Shown: one piece after another, positions 15,515 to 23,873 of the stretch
Layout: the number at the start of each line of letters is the position of its first letter
Position numbering within the stretch: position 1 is the first letter of the stretch
NCBI RefSeq assembly: GCF_000025505.1
Contig: NC_013849.1
Span: forward strand, 1,170,001-1,202,000
Reading direction: 5' to 3'
Source: Ferroglobus placidus DSM 10642
GTDB taxonomy: Archaea; Halobacteriota; Archaeoglobi; Archaeoglobales; Archaeoglobaceae
DNA: 32,000 nt
Made by a program: the position numbers and the translations under genes
Notes under the pieces: generated by a model
What the model was told of the DNA's origin: nothing
What the model saw: the letters and a program-made list of their open reading frames with translations, nothing else
Database searches by the model: none

Positions 15515-16193
15515 AAAGAGAGAAGGGGTATTCGAAGTTGCGAAGGAAAAGGAGATGGAGAGAATCGCAAGGATACTAAAAGGAGTTAGAGACGTCATAA
15601 TCGTTCACGGCGTCGGATCCTTCGGACACCCACACGTTAAAAAGTACGGCATAAGCGATGCGATGTCGATAACAAAAGTCCACAACGCATGCCTAAGGTT
15701 GAACGTAATGTTCTGCAGCTATTTAGAGAAGAACAACGTTAGCGTGTTCCCAATTCATCCGATAGAGTTTTTTCCGAGCCCAGACTTAAAAATGGTTGAA
15801 AAGCTTTTGAAGTTCGGCTTCGTCCCGGTTTTTCACGGAGACGTGATAATGGAAGGAGAGAAGTTCAGAGTTATTTCTGGTGATGAGATCGTTAGAATGC
15901 TTTCTGAGCATTTCAAGCCGGAGAAAGTTGGATTCGCTTCCGACAGCGAAATTATTTACAAAGGAGAAGTTGTGGAGGTCGTAAACGAGAAAAACTACCG
16001 AGAAATTCTGAAAGACTTGAGGGGAGCGGTGGGGAAGGATGACGTTACCGGAGGGATGCTCAACAAGTATCAGGAAGCTTTAAAAATTGCCAGGAACTGC
16101 GAAGTGTACATATTCAGCTTAGAGAATCTCGAAAAATTTATGAAAGACGAGATCGTTCCGACAAAAATTGAAAAAGGAAATTACAAGCTCTAA
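15477..16193 (+). CDS. ipk: Isopentenyl phosphate kinase
   Basis: MKILKIGGSLIT and VHGVGSFGHP (amino-acid kinase fold). TTG start after GAGGAGGGGG. It overlaps mvk by 38 nt. A tandem TTGAAGATT duplication (15477-15494) offers two in-frame TTG starts. Confidence 0.9.
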   Translation: MKILKIGGSLITEKREGVFEVAKEKEMERIARILKGVRDVIIVHGVGSFGHPHVKKYGISDAMSITKVHNACLRLNVMFCSYLEKNNVSVFPIHPIEFFPSPDLKMVEKLLKFGFVPVFHGDVIMEGEKFRVISGDEIVRMLSEHFKPEKVGFASDSEIIYKGEVVEVVNEKNYREILKDLRGAVGKDDVTGGMLNKYQEALKIARNCEVYIFSLENLEKFMKDEIVPTKIEKGNYKL

Positions 16194-16283
16194 ATATTTT
16201 TCAAATTTTATTTACAATTTGGTAATTTCAAAACCGATAAGCTTAAATATTATGATAACAATGATTAGCATAAGGAGTGTGAG

Positions 16284-16556
16284 GTGGTAGGGATGCTCGC
16301 CCTCGAAAAATGCGAGCCGTTAAAGATAGTTTCGAGGAAGGGTGTTTACGAGATCTTGCAAGCGATGAAGTACGAAGGGAAGAAGTTCTCCGAGCTGATG
16401 TTCATAACTAAGCTGAACCCGGGAATTCTCGACAGACACCTCAAGGCTCTGATGAAGTCCAAGTTGGTAGAGAAGGACGGCGGAATTTACAGGCTAACAG
16501 AAAAAGGAAAGAAAGCGGTTGAACTTCTCGAACAGCTCGTCAAAGCACTAAACTAA
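16284..16556 (+). CDS. Small winged-helix (ArsR/MarR-like) transcriptional regulator
   Basis: 90 aa with a helix-turn-helix plus wing pattern (FSELMFITKLNPGILDRHLKALMKSKLVEKDGGIYRLTEKG). AAGGAG lies upstream. The ATG at 16293 is an alternative start. Confidence 0.65.
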   Translation: MVGMLALEKCEPLKIVSRKGVYEILQAMKYEGKKFSELMFITKLNPGILDRHLKALMKSKLVEKDGGIYRLTEKGKKAVELLEQLVKALN

Positions 16557-17950
16557 AACTCCAAGGAGAATTTAATAGCTCTCGGAATCATTTCAATCAC
16601 GTCTTTAGCTGTAAAGTTAAAAGACTTTTCCTTCATCGCAAGATCTCCGGCTAAGCCAACGACGAAGGCTGAGGAGCAAGCGGCTTTAAAAGCCGGATTT
16701 TTCGCGAAGAAAGCCCCGCAAACTCCAGCCAGCACGTCCCCCGTTCCTCCCACGGTCATACCTTCGTTTCCCGTAACGTTAAACTTGATTTTCTCTCCGT
16801 CTGTAATCACGTCCTTCCTCCCCTTCAACAGCAAAACAGCTTTACTCGATTTTGCTTCCTCTTTCACATTCTCAACCGTCGCCTCTTTCCCGAAAACTCT
16901 TTTGAATTCTCCGGCGTGAGGAGTTAAAATCGCCTCGCAAAACACCTTAGATGTCAACCCTCCGGCGTCGAGAACAATTTTTTTAACCTTCTTAGAAATC
17001 TCCGTAGCTATTTCTCCTTTATCTACCGTCCCCATTCCGAAAACTACAACATCGTGTTTCTCAGCAAATCTCAAAATTTCTGCAATATTTTCTTCGGTGA
17101 TTTCCTCTCCCCTTAGTTTTCTCGTAATGATCTCCGGGGAAAAGCTTGCGGCAATTTCGTAAATGCTTTCCGGAACTAGAAGCGTAACAATATCCGCTCC
17201 GGCAGCGTAAGCTGCGAGAGCCGTTAAAACCGGAGCGCCGATGTAAGGTGAGCCACCGACGACGAGAACCCTTCCGTGCTGACCTTTATGGGCGTTGGGG
17301 TCCCTTCTGTAAGAGATTTTTACATCTCCCGGACCGGTAAGCTTCTCGAAATACTCTGGAATTCCGATATCCGCAACAATTACATCTCCGCAGATTTCCT
17401 TTGCTTTGTACAACCCCGGTTTCGGTTTGTGGAACGTGACGGTTAGGTCCGCTTTAAAAGCCAAGTCAAACTCCCCGGTGTCCGGATTTAAGCCCGAAGG
17501 AATATCTATCGCTACTTTAAAAGCTTTTATCTCGTTCATTTTTTCTATAGCCTCTCTGTAATCTTTTCTCAGCTTTCCTCTAACTCCCGTTCCGAGCAAA
17601 CCGTCCAAAACCACATCGCACTCGATTTCTTCATCAATCCACTCGTGAAAAGTTTTCACTTCGTATCCGGCTCTTTTCAGAATTTCGAAATTCTTTTTCG
17701 TTTCTTCCGTTCTGAAATCCTCCCTCATTAGGAAAATTTTCACGTCAAATTCCTTAAGATGTCTCGCTGCGACGAAAGCGTCTCCTGCATTATTTCCGGT
17801 CCCGGCAAAAACAGCAACGCTTCCCCCCTTTATCCTCTTCTTAACCTCTTCAGCCACAGCCCTTCCAGCGTTTTCCATAAGCTGGAGAGTCGTTAAGCCG
17901 TAATATCTGCAGTTGGTGTCCAAAGCAAACATCTCTTCACTCGTTATCAT
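16553..17950 (-). CDS. nnr: Bifunctional NAD(P)H-hydrate repair enzyme Nnr (YjeF-N epimerase plus ADP-dependent dehydratase)
   Basis: GTGNNAGDAFVAARHL (YjeF-N). The C-terminal carbohydrate-kinase domain has GGSPYIGAPVLTALAAYAAGADIV and GGTGDVLAG. Confidence 0.9.
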   Translation of the reverse strand: MITSEEMFALDTNCRYYGLTTLQLMENAGRAVAEEVKKRIKGGSVAVFAGTGNNAGDAFVAARHLKEFDVKIFLMREDFRTEETKKNFEILKRAGYEVKTFHEWIDEEIECDVVLDGLLGTGVRGKLRKDYREAIEKMNEIKAFKVAIDIPSGLNPDTGEFDLAFKADLTVTFHKPKPGLYKAKEICGDVIVADIGIPEYFEKLTGPGDVKISYRRDPNAHKGQHGRVLVVGGSPYIGAPVLTALAAYAAGADIVTLLVPESIYEIAASFSPEIITRKLRGEEITEENIAEILRFAEKHDVVVFGMGTVDKGEIATEISKKVKKIVLDAGGLTSKVFCEAILTPHAGEFKRVFGKEATVENVKEEAKSSKAVLLLKGRKDVITDGEKIKFNVTGNEGMTVGGTGDVLAGVCGAFFAKNPAFKAACSSAFVVGLAGDLAMKEKSFNFTAKDVIEMIPRAIKFSLEF

Positions 17951-18077
17951 AGAAGAGAGTTTCTTCGAAATTTAATAAGTATGTTGGAATAACGAATTGT
18001 TAATTTCCAAAAGATAAATACTTTTTTGTCGCATTTCAATCGAATATTTTTTATTTATTGAACGCATTATTCGAAAC

Positions 18078-18728
18078 ATGCACTACAGCGAACTCGTCAA
18101 GATCCTTTCGTCAGACGACGTGAGGAATCTCTTTATGTACTCCTCTTTTAAATACTCATTTTCGATTTTTACCGACATGCTCAAAGAAGTTAAAAGTAGA
18201 GTGAACCTGATAGTTTTCGGAGAAAGCCTTCAAAGAAAGCTCAAAAAATCCTACGAAAACTACGTTAAAGCCCATCCAGAAGATAGAAAACTTTTCGACG
18301 ACGTTAAGATTTTCAAAGTTGGGAAAAACAACGAAATACCTTTTGGAGAGCTCTATTCGAGCGTTATAATGACCTCTCCTTCAGAAATAGGCGTTTCTCT
18401 TCTAAATTTCCTTGAAGGAATGGATAACGAGCACGTATTCGTTTTCGGGGCGACGACTCTAATGGAACTTTTTGAGGACGACGGCTACGACATGATCGTA
18501 CAAATGTTCGATTACGTTAGGAACAGCTCCTTTCACGTCTTCGTTCCCGTCGAAATCGAAAACTACGATAAAAGCGTCTTCCTCAAGAAGTACTTCGACC
18601 ACATAATAAAGCTCAGAAACAGCGGGGGAAAAGTTCTGTTAGAGGTCAAAAACAACGTCTTTTCAACTTTCCCGGACTACGTTTCCTTCGAACTAAGCCT
18701 AATAGACGGCAAGTTTAAGGAGGTTTAG
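18078..18728 (+). CDS. Hypothetical protein
   Basis: Clean 216-aa ORF with an ATG start. I recognise no catalytic motif. See the finding on possible degenerate KaiC/RecA-like features. Confidence 0.5.
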   Translation: MHYSELVKILSSDDVRNLFMYSSFKYSFSIFTDMLKEVKSRVNLIVFGESLQRKLKKSYENYVKAHPEDRKLFDDVKIFKVGKNNEIPFGELYSSVIMTSPSEIGVSLLNFLEGMDNEHVFVFGATTLMELFEDDGYDMIVQMFDYVRNSSFHVFVPVEIENYDKSVFLKKYFDHIIKLRNSGGKVLLEVKNNVFSTFPDYVSFELSLIDGKFKEV

Positions 18729-19890
18729 TCTCAAATATTTCCTCCTCTTTTAGATAGCAGCTCGGATCGTCCCCCCACAAATCCCCTTTTCTTAACGCTC
18801 TCAGCCTAAAACCACCGCAGTACAGCTTGTAATTGCACCTTCCACACCTCTTACCGCTTATGTACTTGTGCTTTTCCCTGAGCTTTTTTAGCAGTTCGTC
18901 TTTTGGATTCAACCAAATTTCGCTGAACTTCTCCTCCCTAACGTTTCCAACTGCGTAATCCCACCAGAACTGATTGGGATGGACGTTTCCGTACATGTCT
19001 ACGTCAGCAATTCTAAAACCGCTGTTGTCTCCCCCTCTGATCTTCAAAAACTCGAAGGCATCTTCAGCGAGATTTTCGTCCATCTCCTTTAGCTTCAAGT
19101 AAAAGAATACGCCGTCGGCTGGATTGTCTACCGTTAAAATCTCTACTTTTTCTCTCTCATCCCTAAGCTCGATAGCCTTTTCGAAGAGCCAATCCATTAG
19201 CTCTCTTCTCGCGTTGTTGTCTATGTCTATTTTGAAATCCGCCCTGCCCGAAGGAACGAGGTGGTAGAGGCAGAATCTCGGAATTTCGTGTTCAACAGCA
19301 AGATCCAAAAGCTTCGGCACCTCTTCGTAGTTGAGCTTCGTAACGGTAAACCTTATTCCGGTCAATATTCCCTCCTCCTTCGCATTGAGCAATCCAGATA
19401 ACGCCCTCTTAAAAGCTCCCTTCAATCCTCTGAATTCATCGTTAACAGCTTCGCTTCCGTCCAAGCTTACTCCAACGTAGTCAACTCCAGCCTCCTTCAG
19501 CTTTGCAGCGACGTCTTCATCGATAAGCGTTCCGTTTGTTGAGAGGGAGGAATGAATTCCCTTACTTTTCGCATAAGAGATTAGCTCGTAGATGTCTTTC
19601 CTCATTAAAGGCTCTCCACCGCTGAACAAAATAACCGGCACTTTAATAGCGGCTAAGTCATCAATCATCATCTTGGCTTCTTCCGTTGTAAGCTCTTCCC
19701 CGTTCAAGGTTTCTGCAGCGTAGCAGTGAACGCAGTTTAGGTTGCATCTTGCTGTGGAGTTCCACACGACAACCGGAATAGGTTTTTTGCTCGCCTCTAC
19801 GAGAGCCTTCGGTATCCTTTCTTTGCTCTTATAGGTAAGCTTTTCCGATACGGTCGCTTCTCCAGCCACCATCTTGCTAAGCGCTATCAT
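18715..19890 (-). CDS. Radical SAM/SPASM protein of the NirJ/AhbC/AhbD type (alternative heme biosynthesis family)
   Basis: The N-terminal MIALSKMVAGEATVSEKLTY...PVVVWNSTARCNLNCVHCY resembles NirJ/Ahb enzymes as I recall them. SGGEPL is present. C-terminal CGRCNYKLYCGG. ATGA overlap with the upstream Fe-S gene. Confidence 0.65.
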   Translation of the reverse strand: MIALSKMVAGEATVSEKLTYKSKERIPKALVEASKKPIPVVVWNSTARCNLNCVHCYAAETLNGEELTTEEAKMMIDDLAAIKVPVILFSGGEPLMRKDIYELISYAKSKGIHSSLSTNGTLIDEDVAAKLKEAGVDYVGVSLDGSEAVNDEFRGLKGAFKRALSGLLNAKEEGILTGIRFTVTKLNYEEVPKLLDLAVEHEIPRFCLYHLVPSGRADFKIDIDNNARRELMDWLFEKAIELRDEREKVEILTVDNPADGVFFYLKLKEMDENLAEDAFEFLKIRGGDNSGFRIADVDMYGNVHPNQFWWDYAVGNVREEKFSEIWLNPKDELLKKLREKHKYISGKRCGRCNYKLYCGGFRLRALRKGDLWGDDPSCYLKEEEIFETKPP

Positions 19891-20948
19891 CTTACCAGCT
19901 CCGAAAGCAGCATGATTATATCCTTAACAGCTACGTCTCCCCTTTTAAGGTTTCTGTAGCAGAAGGGACAAGCCGAAAGAAGCAGATCGGGGTCGACTCT
20001 CTTAACCTCCCTGATCCTCTCCCCCATAACCATCATGGAGAAATCCTTGTAGCCCGCTCTAACTCCCCCTCCACCTCCGCAACAAAAGCTTTCGTTTTTT
20101 ATCCTCTCAAGCTCTTTAAGCTTAGCCACCTCTTCTATTAAAGCTCTCGGCTCTTCGTAAACTTTCATGTGCCTTCCGAGGTGGCAAGGGTCGTGGTAGG
20201 AGACTGTCAAATCCGTTTTTTTAAAATCTAATTTGTGAACGTTTTCGAACAAAAACTCGGTGATGTGCATAACATCAGCGCCGACGCTCCCGAACATCTT
20301 CTTGTAATCTTTTTTAATCGTCCTGTAACATCCGGGACAGCTCGTCACGATCAGTGATGCTCCGGTTTTTTCAACCGCCTCCCTTATGCTTTCGAAGCCC
20401 TTTCTTGCAATATCTTCCCCAAGCCCAACCCTTAAAGCCGTCGATCCGCAGCAGTGTTTTGCTTCAACAAGGTAATCGACTTTAAGATAGTCGAGAAGCT
20501 TTTTCGTAGCTTCGAAAATCTCTCTTTCCTTGTATAAAGCTGTGCATCCCGGATAGTATAAAGTTTCTACCTCTCTATACTCTTCTATTAACGGCACACC
20601 TCTGTAGGGGTTTCCGTACCCTTTTATTACCTCGTAAAGCTCCATGTGCTTTTTTACAAAGTATCCGGAGGAAATAAACTGCTTTCTAACCCTCTCTATC
20701 TCCTCAGTAAACTTTACTCCAGAACTGCAAATGTTCTCGCAATACCCGCAAGTCAAGCAGGTGAAAACGCTCTTCTTCACCTCCTCATCGAGTTCGAAAA
20801 GCTGAGAAAGAACGATTCTACCCCTCGGGGAGTAATGCTCCCAGTAAGTAACGTTATAAGTTGGACAGACAGTCAAGCAAATTCCGCACTTCGTGCAGTT
20901 CACGAAAAAATCTTTTCTGGGTTCATAATATTCCGCTCGTCCAAGCAT
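19887..20948 (-). CDS. Fe-S oxidoreductase, GlcF/HdrD-like (2x[4Fe-4S] ferredoxin motifs plus two CCG domains)
   Basis: CTKCGICLTVCP, CLTCGYCENIC, HCCGS, PCHLGRH, FCCGGGGG and CPFC. An alternative GTG start at 20903 gives a GTGA overlap with the upstream stop, instead of a 49-nt overlap. Confidence 0.85.
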   Translation of the reverse strand: MLGRAEYYEPRKDFFVNCTKCGICLTVCPTYNVTYWEHYSPRGRIVLSQLFELDEEVKKSVFTCLTCGYCENICSSGVKFTEEIERVRKQFISSGYFVKKHMELYEVIKGYGNPYRGVPLIEEYREVETLYYPGCTALYKEREIFEATKKLLDYLKVDYLVEAKHCCGSTALRVGLGEDIARKGFESIREAVEKTGASLIVTSCPGCYRTIKKDYKKMFGSVGADVMHITEFLFENVHKLDFKKTDLTVSYHDPCHLGRHMKVYEEPRALIEEVAKLKELERIKNESFCCGGGGGVRAGYKDFSMMVMGERIREVKRVDPDLLLSACPFCYRNLKRGDVAVKDIIMLLSELVR

Positions 20949-22129
20949 TCTTTCAGCCTCCTAAAATTAATTTTCTCCTTCAATCCTCTTCCGTGCTCCC
21001 CGTAAACAACTTTAGAGAGCTTACTTTCCAGAATTTTTTCAAAGTTGAGAGCCTGTTCAAGAGACTCGGCTATCACCGCCGGATGAAAGTTGCAGGTGTC
21101 GAGGTGGGAGTAGAGAAAAACCTCCACTCCCGTCTCTCTTTCAACCTCTCTGACGACCTTTTCAAATTCGACAGCCTGAGAGAAAGGAACGACGTAATCG
21201 TCGGCTAAGTAAAACCGCTTTTTTCCCCCTACGCTCAACGATCCGACTGAACTTCTAATCTTCCAGAAGTTTTCCTCGTCTTTTCCCCTCAACTCGTCAA
21301 ATTTCCTCAAAACCTCTTCAAGCTTTTTGTTTTCCGAAAAATCCTCCACCGCTATTACGTGTCCACCATATCCAAGCCTTTCGGCAACTTTTTCATCCGC
21401 ATACTCCACGCATTCTGGAAGAAATTTGATAAGCTTTCTTGCAACTTCAAAAGCCTCTTTAAAGCTCTCAAACTCGGAAATCAGAGTTCTTTTACTTTCC
21501 GGTAGAGGGAGCAGCCTTAAAGCAACTTTCGTTATTATACCAAGAGTTCCTTCGCTTCCGACGAAGATGTTGTTCGGGAAGGGAGGGGATTTGTGAGTGT
21601 AGTAAAAGTTTCTGAAAATTTTTCCATTCGGTAAAGCTACTTCGATTCCAGCAAGGTAATTAGATATAGATCCGTATTTTAAAGCTCTTTTTCCGCTTCC
21701 ACCTACAGCAATAAAACCTCCTATTGTAGCCACCTCAGCGCTTCCCGGCTCGGGTGGAAGAAAGAGTCCTCTTTTCGCAGCTTCTTTTTTTATTTTTCCT
21801 ATTACTGCTCCGCTTTCAGCAACGCAAATCAAGTCCTCCTCTTTAATTTCGATATCGTTCATCTTTTTTGTATCAACGACGATCCCGTTGAAAGGTAAAG
21901 CTCCTCCTTTCGTGCCTGTTCCAGCTCCGCGAGGGTAAATCTTAACTTTGTACTCGTTGGCAACTTTAATAACCTCAGAAACCTCTTCTGCCGTCTCGGG
22001 TCGAACAACAGCCAAAGCGTTGCCGAGAAAGGGTGATGCGTCAACGGAATAGATGGAAAGAGCTGAAGAGCCGTAAAGAACGTCGTTTTCTCCGACAATA
22101 TTGATAAGTTCGTCGATTAACTTATCCAC
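20900..22129 (-). CDS. FAD-binding (PCMH-type) oxidase, GlcD/D-lactate dehydrogenase family
   Basis: GTG start. The FAD-binding domain contains VVRPETAEEVSEVIKVANEY and PRGAGTGTKGGALP. The C-terminal FAD-oxidase_C-like part contains HLDTCNFHP. Confidence 0.85.
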   Translation of the reverse strand: MDKLIDELINIVGENDVLYGSSALSIYSVDASPFLGNALAVVRPETAEEVSEVIKVANEYKVKIYPRGAGTGTKGGALPFNGIVVDTKKMNDIEIKEEDLICVAESGAVIGKIKKEAAKRGLFLPPEPGSAEVATIGGFIAVGGSGKRALKYGSISNYLAGIEVALPNGKIFRNFYYTHKSPPFPNNIFVGSEGTLGIITKVALRLLPLPESKRTLISEFESFKEAFEVARKLIKFLPECVEYADEKVAERLGYGGHVIAVEDFSENKKLEEVLRKFDELRGKDEENFWKIRSSVGSLSVGGKKRFYLADDYVVPFSQAVEFEKVVREVERETGVEVFLYSHLDTCNFHPAVIAESLEQALNFEKILESKLSKVVYGEHGRGLKEKINFRRLKECLDERNIMNPEKIFS

Positions 22130-22208
22130 AAATAGTCATGAAATTAGAAAATTATAAGTTTTTCGCCGATTTTATAATAATTAATTATGTTTTATTTCCC
22201 AAAGTTTT

Positions 22209-23195
22209 TTAGAGAATAATCTCGATTCCAAGCTTTTCTGCAAGCTCCTTGTATCTGTTTCTTATGGTCACCTCTGTAACTCCAGCTACTTCAGCAACCT
22301 CTCTCTGGGTTCTTCTTTCCCCGGTAAGAATTGAAGCTATGTAGATTGCCGCTGCTGCCACACCAGTGGGACCTCTTCCAGAGGTGAGCTCTTTTTCTTC
22401 AGCCTTCTTAATTATCTCTATAGCCTTCTTCTGAACCTCTCCGCTCAAGCCGAGAGCTGCGCAAAATCTCGGCACGTAGTCTGCTGGAGAAGTCGGGAGC
22501 AATTTCAATCCGAGTTCTCTCGCGATGAATCTGTAAGTTCTTCCGATTTCTTTCCTATCAACTCTTGAATAAGTTGCTATCTCGTCCAGAGTTCTCGGAA
22601 CTCCCGCTTGTCTGCAAGCAGCATATAAAGCGGCAGCCACGACCCCTTCAATGCTTCTCCCTCTTATCAAGTTCTTCTCCACAGCCTTTCTATATATTAC
22701 CGCTGCAGTCTCTCTGACAGACTTCGGCAATCCCAAAGCCGAAGCCATTCTGTCAAGCTCGCTTAAAGCGAAAGCCAGGTTTCTTTCTGTAGCGTTGCTT
22801 ATCCTGATTCTTCTCTGCCACTTCCTCAGCCTGAAAAGTTGAGCTCTGTTCCTTACCGATATTGCTTTGCCGTAATAATCTTTGTTGCTCCAGTCGATTA
22901 TCGTCGAAAGTCCTTTGTCGTGAATCGTGTAAGTTATCGGAGCTCCAACTCTGCTCCTCTTCTCCCTCTGCTCGCTGTCGAAGGCTCTCCACTCAGGACC
23001 AGAATCTATGTAGGTGTCCTCAATAACCAAACCGCAATCCTGACAGATGAATTCTCCCCTCTTAAAATCCCTAATGAGCCTCGGGCTTCCACATTCCGGA
23101 CAAACTTCAACGGTTTCTTCCCTTTCTACTTCCTTCTCCCTTTCTACCTCCTTTCTTTCTACCTCCTTTTCCCTTACCTTTTCCACCTCTACCAT
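22209..23195 (-). CDS. tfb: Transcription initiation factor IIB (TFB) with a repetitive Glu/Val/Lys/Arg N-terminal extension
   Basis: Zn ribbon [27 protein letters not shown]-reader/linker, and two cyclin-fold repeats ([37 protein letters not shown]). The only in-frame starts are ATG at 23195 and GTG at 23186. Confidence 0.95.
   Translation of the reverse strand: MVEVEKVREKEVERKEVEREKEVEREETVEVCPECGSPRLIRDFKRGEFICQDCGLVIEDTYIDSGPEWRAFDSEQREKRSRVGAPITYTIHDKGLSTIIDWSNKDYYGKAISVRNRAQLFRLRKWQRRIRISNATERNLAFALSELDRMASALGLPKSVRETAAVIYRKAVEKNLIRGRSIEGVVAAALYAACRQAGVPRTLDEIATYSRVDRKEIGRTYRFIARELGLKLLPTSPADYVPRFCAALGLSGEVQKKAIEIIKKAEEKELTSGRGPTGVAAAAIYIASILTGERRTQREVAEVAGVTEVTIRNRYKELAEKLGIEIIL
23107..23195 (-). 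repeat. Imperfect purine-rich tandem repeat (coding-strand unit about GAGGTAGAAAGRRAG), read in two frames
   Basis: The plus strand shows CCCTTTCTACTTCCTTCT / CCCTTTCTACCTCCTTTC / TTTCTACCTCCTTTT. One frame gives [11 protein letters not shown] (TFB) and the other gives [12 protein letters not shown] (Gar1). Confidence 0.7.
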
Positions 23196-23421
23196 CTTCG
23201 ATCACCACAAAAAGTTCTGATCCAGACAAATCCGGATTTTTATCCTTAGGTCTAACAACAACATAGGGCTGACTAACCGGACCAATAACGTCGTAAACAT
23301 AACCGATTTTTCTTAAACGCTTATCAACAACATCCGCACCAATTTTCGGAACGTATTCAGCCTTGACAATTATATTACCAGTTTTAGATATTTTAGCGAC
23401 TATACCAATCCTTTTCAACAC
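23107..23421 (-). CDS. gar1: H/ACA ribonucleoprotein component Gar1 with a Gly/Lys/Arg-rich tail
   Basis: The core [28 protein letters not shown] matches archaeal Gar1 (recalled Pyrococcus sequence). GTG start 22-30 nt after a TATA box. The tail is [28 protein letters not shown]. Confidence 0.85.
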   Translation of the reverse strand: MLKRIGIVAKISKTGNIIVKAEYVPKIGADVVDKRLRKIGYVYDVIGPVSQPYVVVRPKDKNPDLSGSELFVVIEDGRGGKGKGKGGRKKGGRKGEGSRKGRNR

Positions 23422-23442
23422 AACTAACTTAAGTTTCGAAAG

Positions 23443-23451
23443 TATTTAAAT
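23443..23451 (-). promoter_or_regulatory. TATA box (minus-strand ATTTAAATA) of the gar1-tfb promoter
   Basis: Lies 22-30 nt upstream of the gar1 GTG at 23421. A purine-rich GCGAAAG sits immediately upstream, at the BRE position. Confidence 0.55.
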
Positions 23452-23746
23452 CTTTCGCAACATATTTATTTGAGTTTTTATTTTAGTATTTAAAGGTTTT
23501 TGTGGTGCCAGTAATTCACAATGTAACACACGTTCATTCTAGGATAACACGCCTTTTGACAGTGCACTACACACGGATTCATCCAATTGCTTGTTAATTT
23601 TCCGAATTCCTTAACTTCTTCGTCGTGTTTGCAAATCTCTTAATCGAAATTTAGGCTTTTTTGCACTCTTTTTGGGTGACAGAATGGTTTAGCGATTGAG
23701 ATCAAGGTTTGGAAAAGTATTTGAAAGCTGGGAGATAGTTGTAAGT

Positions 23747-23803
23747 ATGGCAAAAATTATCGAGGCGATATACGAAAATGGTGAGCTCGTTACCTCTTCT
23801 TAA
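23747..23803 (+). pseudogene. Orphan, truncated DUF104/AF2212-type antitoxin fragment
   Basis: MAKIIEAIYENGELVTSS* matches the hallmark N-terminus M.K(I/V)IEA(I/V)YENGV.KPL of the small archaeal antitoxins that pair with PIN toxins. A +1 frame continues PLLKRIRKNLQRE*. There is no PIN gene downstream. Confidence 0.4.
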
Positions 23804-23873
23804 AAGAATTCGAAAAAACTTGCAAAGAGAATAAATAATCCATTGAGAGTGTCTTGAGTTAGCACTCGAAACA

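Noticed and set aside
14033-15570. Long antisense ORFs opposite the phosphoesterase (14033-14593, 186 aa) and opposite mvk/ipk (14797-15045, 15118-15570).
   Set aside because: The sense-strand genes carry complete catalytic motif sets. The antisense products are Ser/Leu/Pro-rich with no recognisable domains.
20646-21596. Plus-strand ORFs 20646-21005, 20861-21208 and 21327-21596, opposite the GlcF-like and GlcD-like genes.
   Set aside because: They are shadow ORFs of strongly supported minus-strand genes. I recognise no motifs.
22651-23249. ORFs 22651-22842, 22753-22992 and 22839-23249, overlapping tfb in other frames or on the other strand.
   Set aside because: The tfb assignment is unambiguous. 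These frames give low-complexity products. The 22839-23249 ORF simply reads the repeat region on the wrong strand.
23500-23680. Idea that the spacer next to gar1 hides an H/ACA or C/D box guide RNA.
   Set aside because: The stretch is AT-rich, whereas structured RNAs in thermophiles stand out as GC-rich islands (compare the tRNA at 5828). I found no stable hairpin with an ACA 3' tail. I also found no RUGAUGA/CUGA box pair on either strand.
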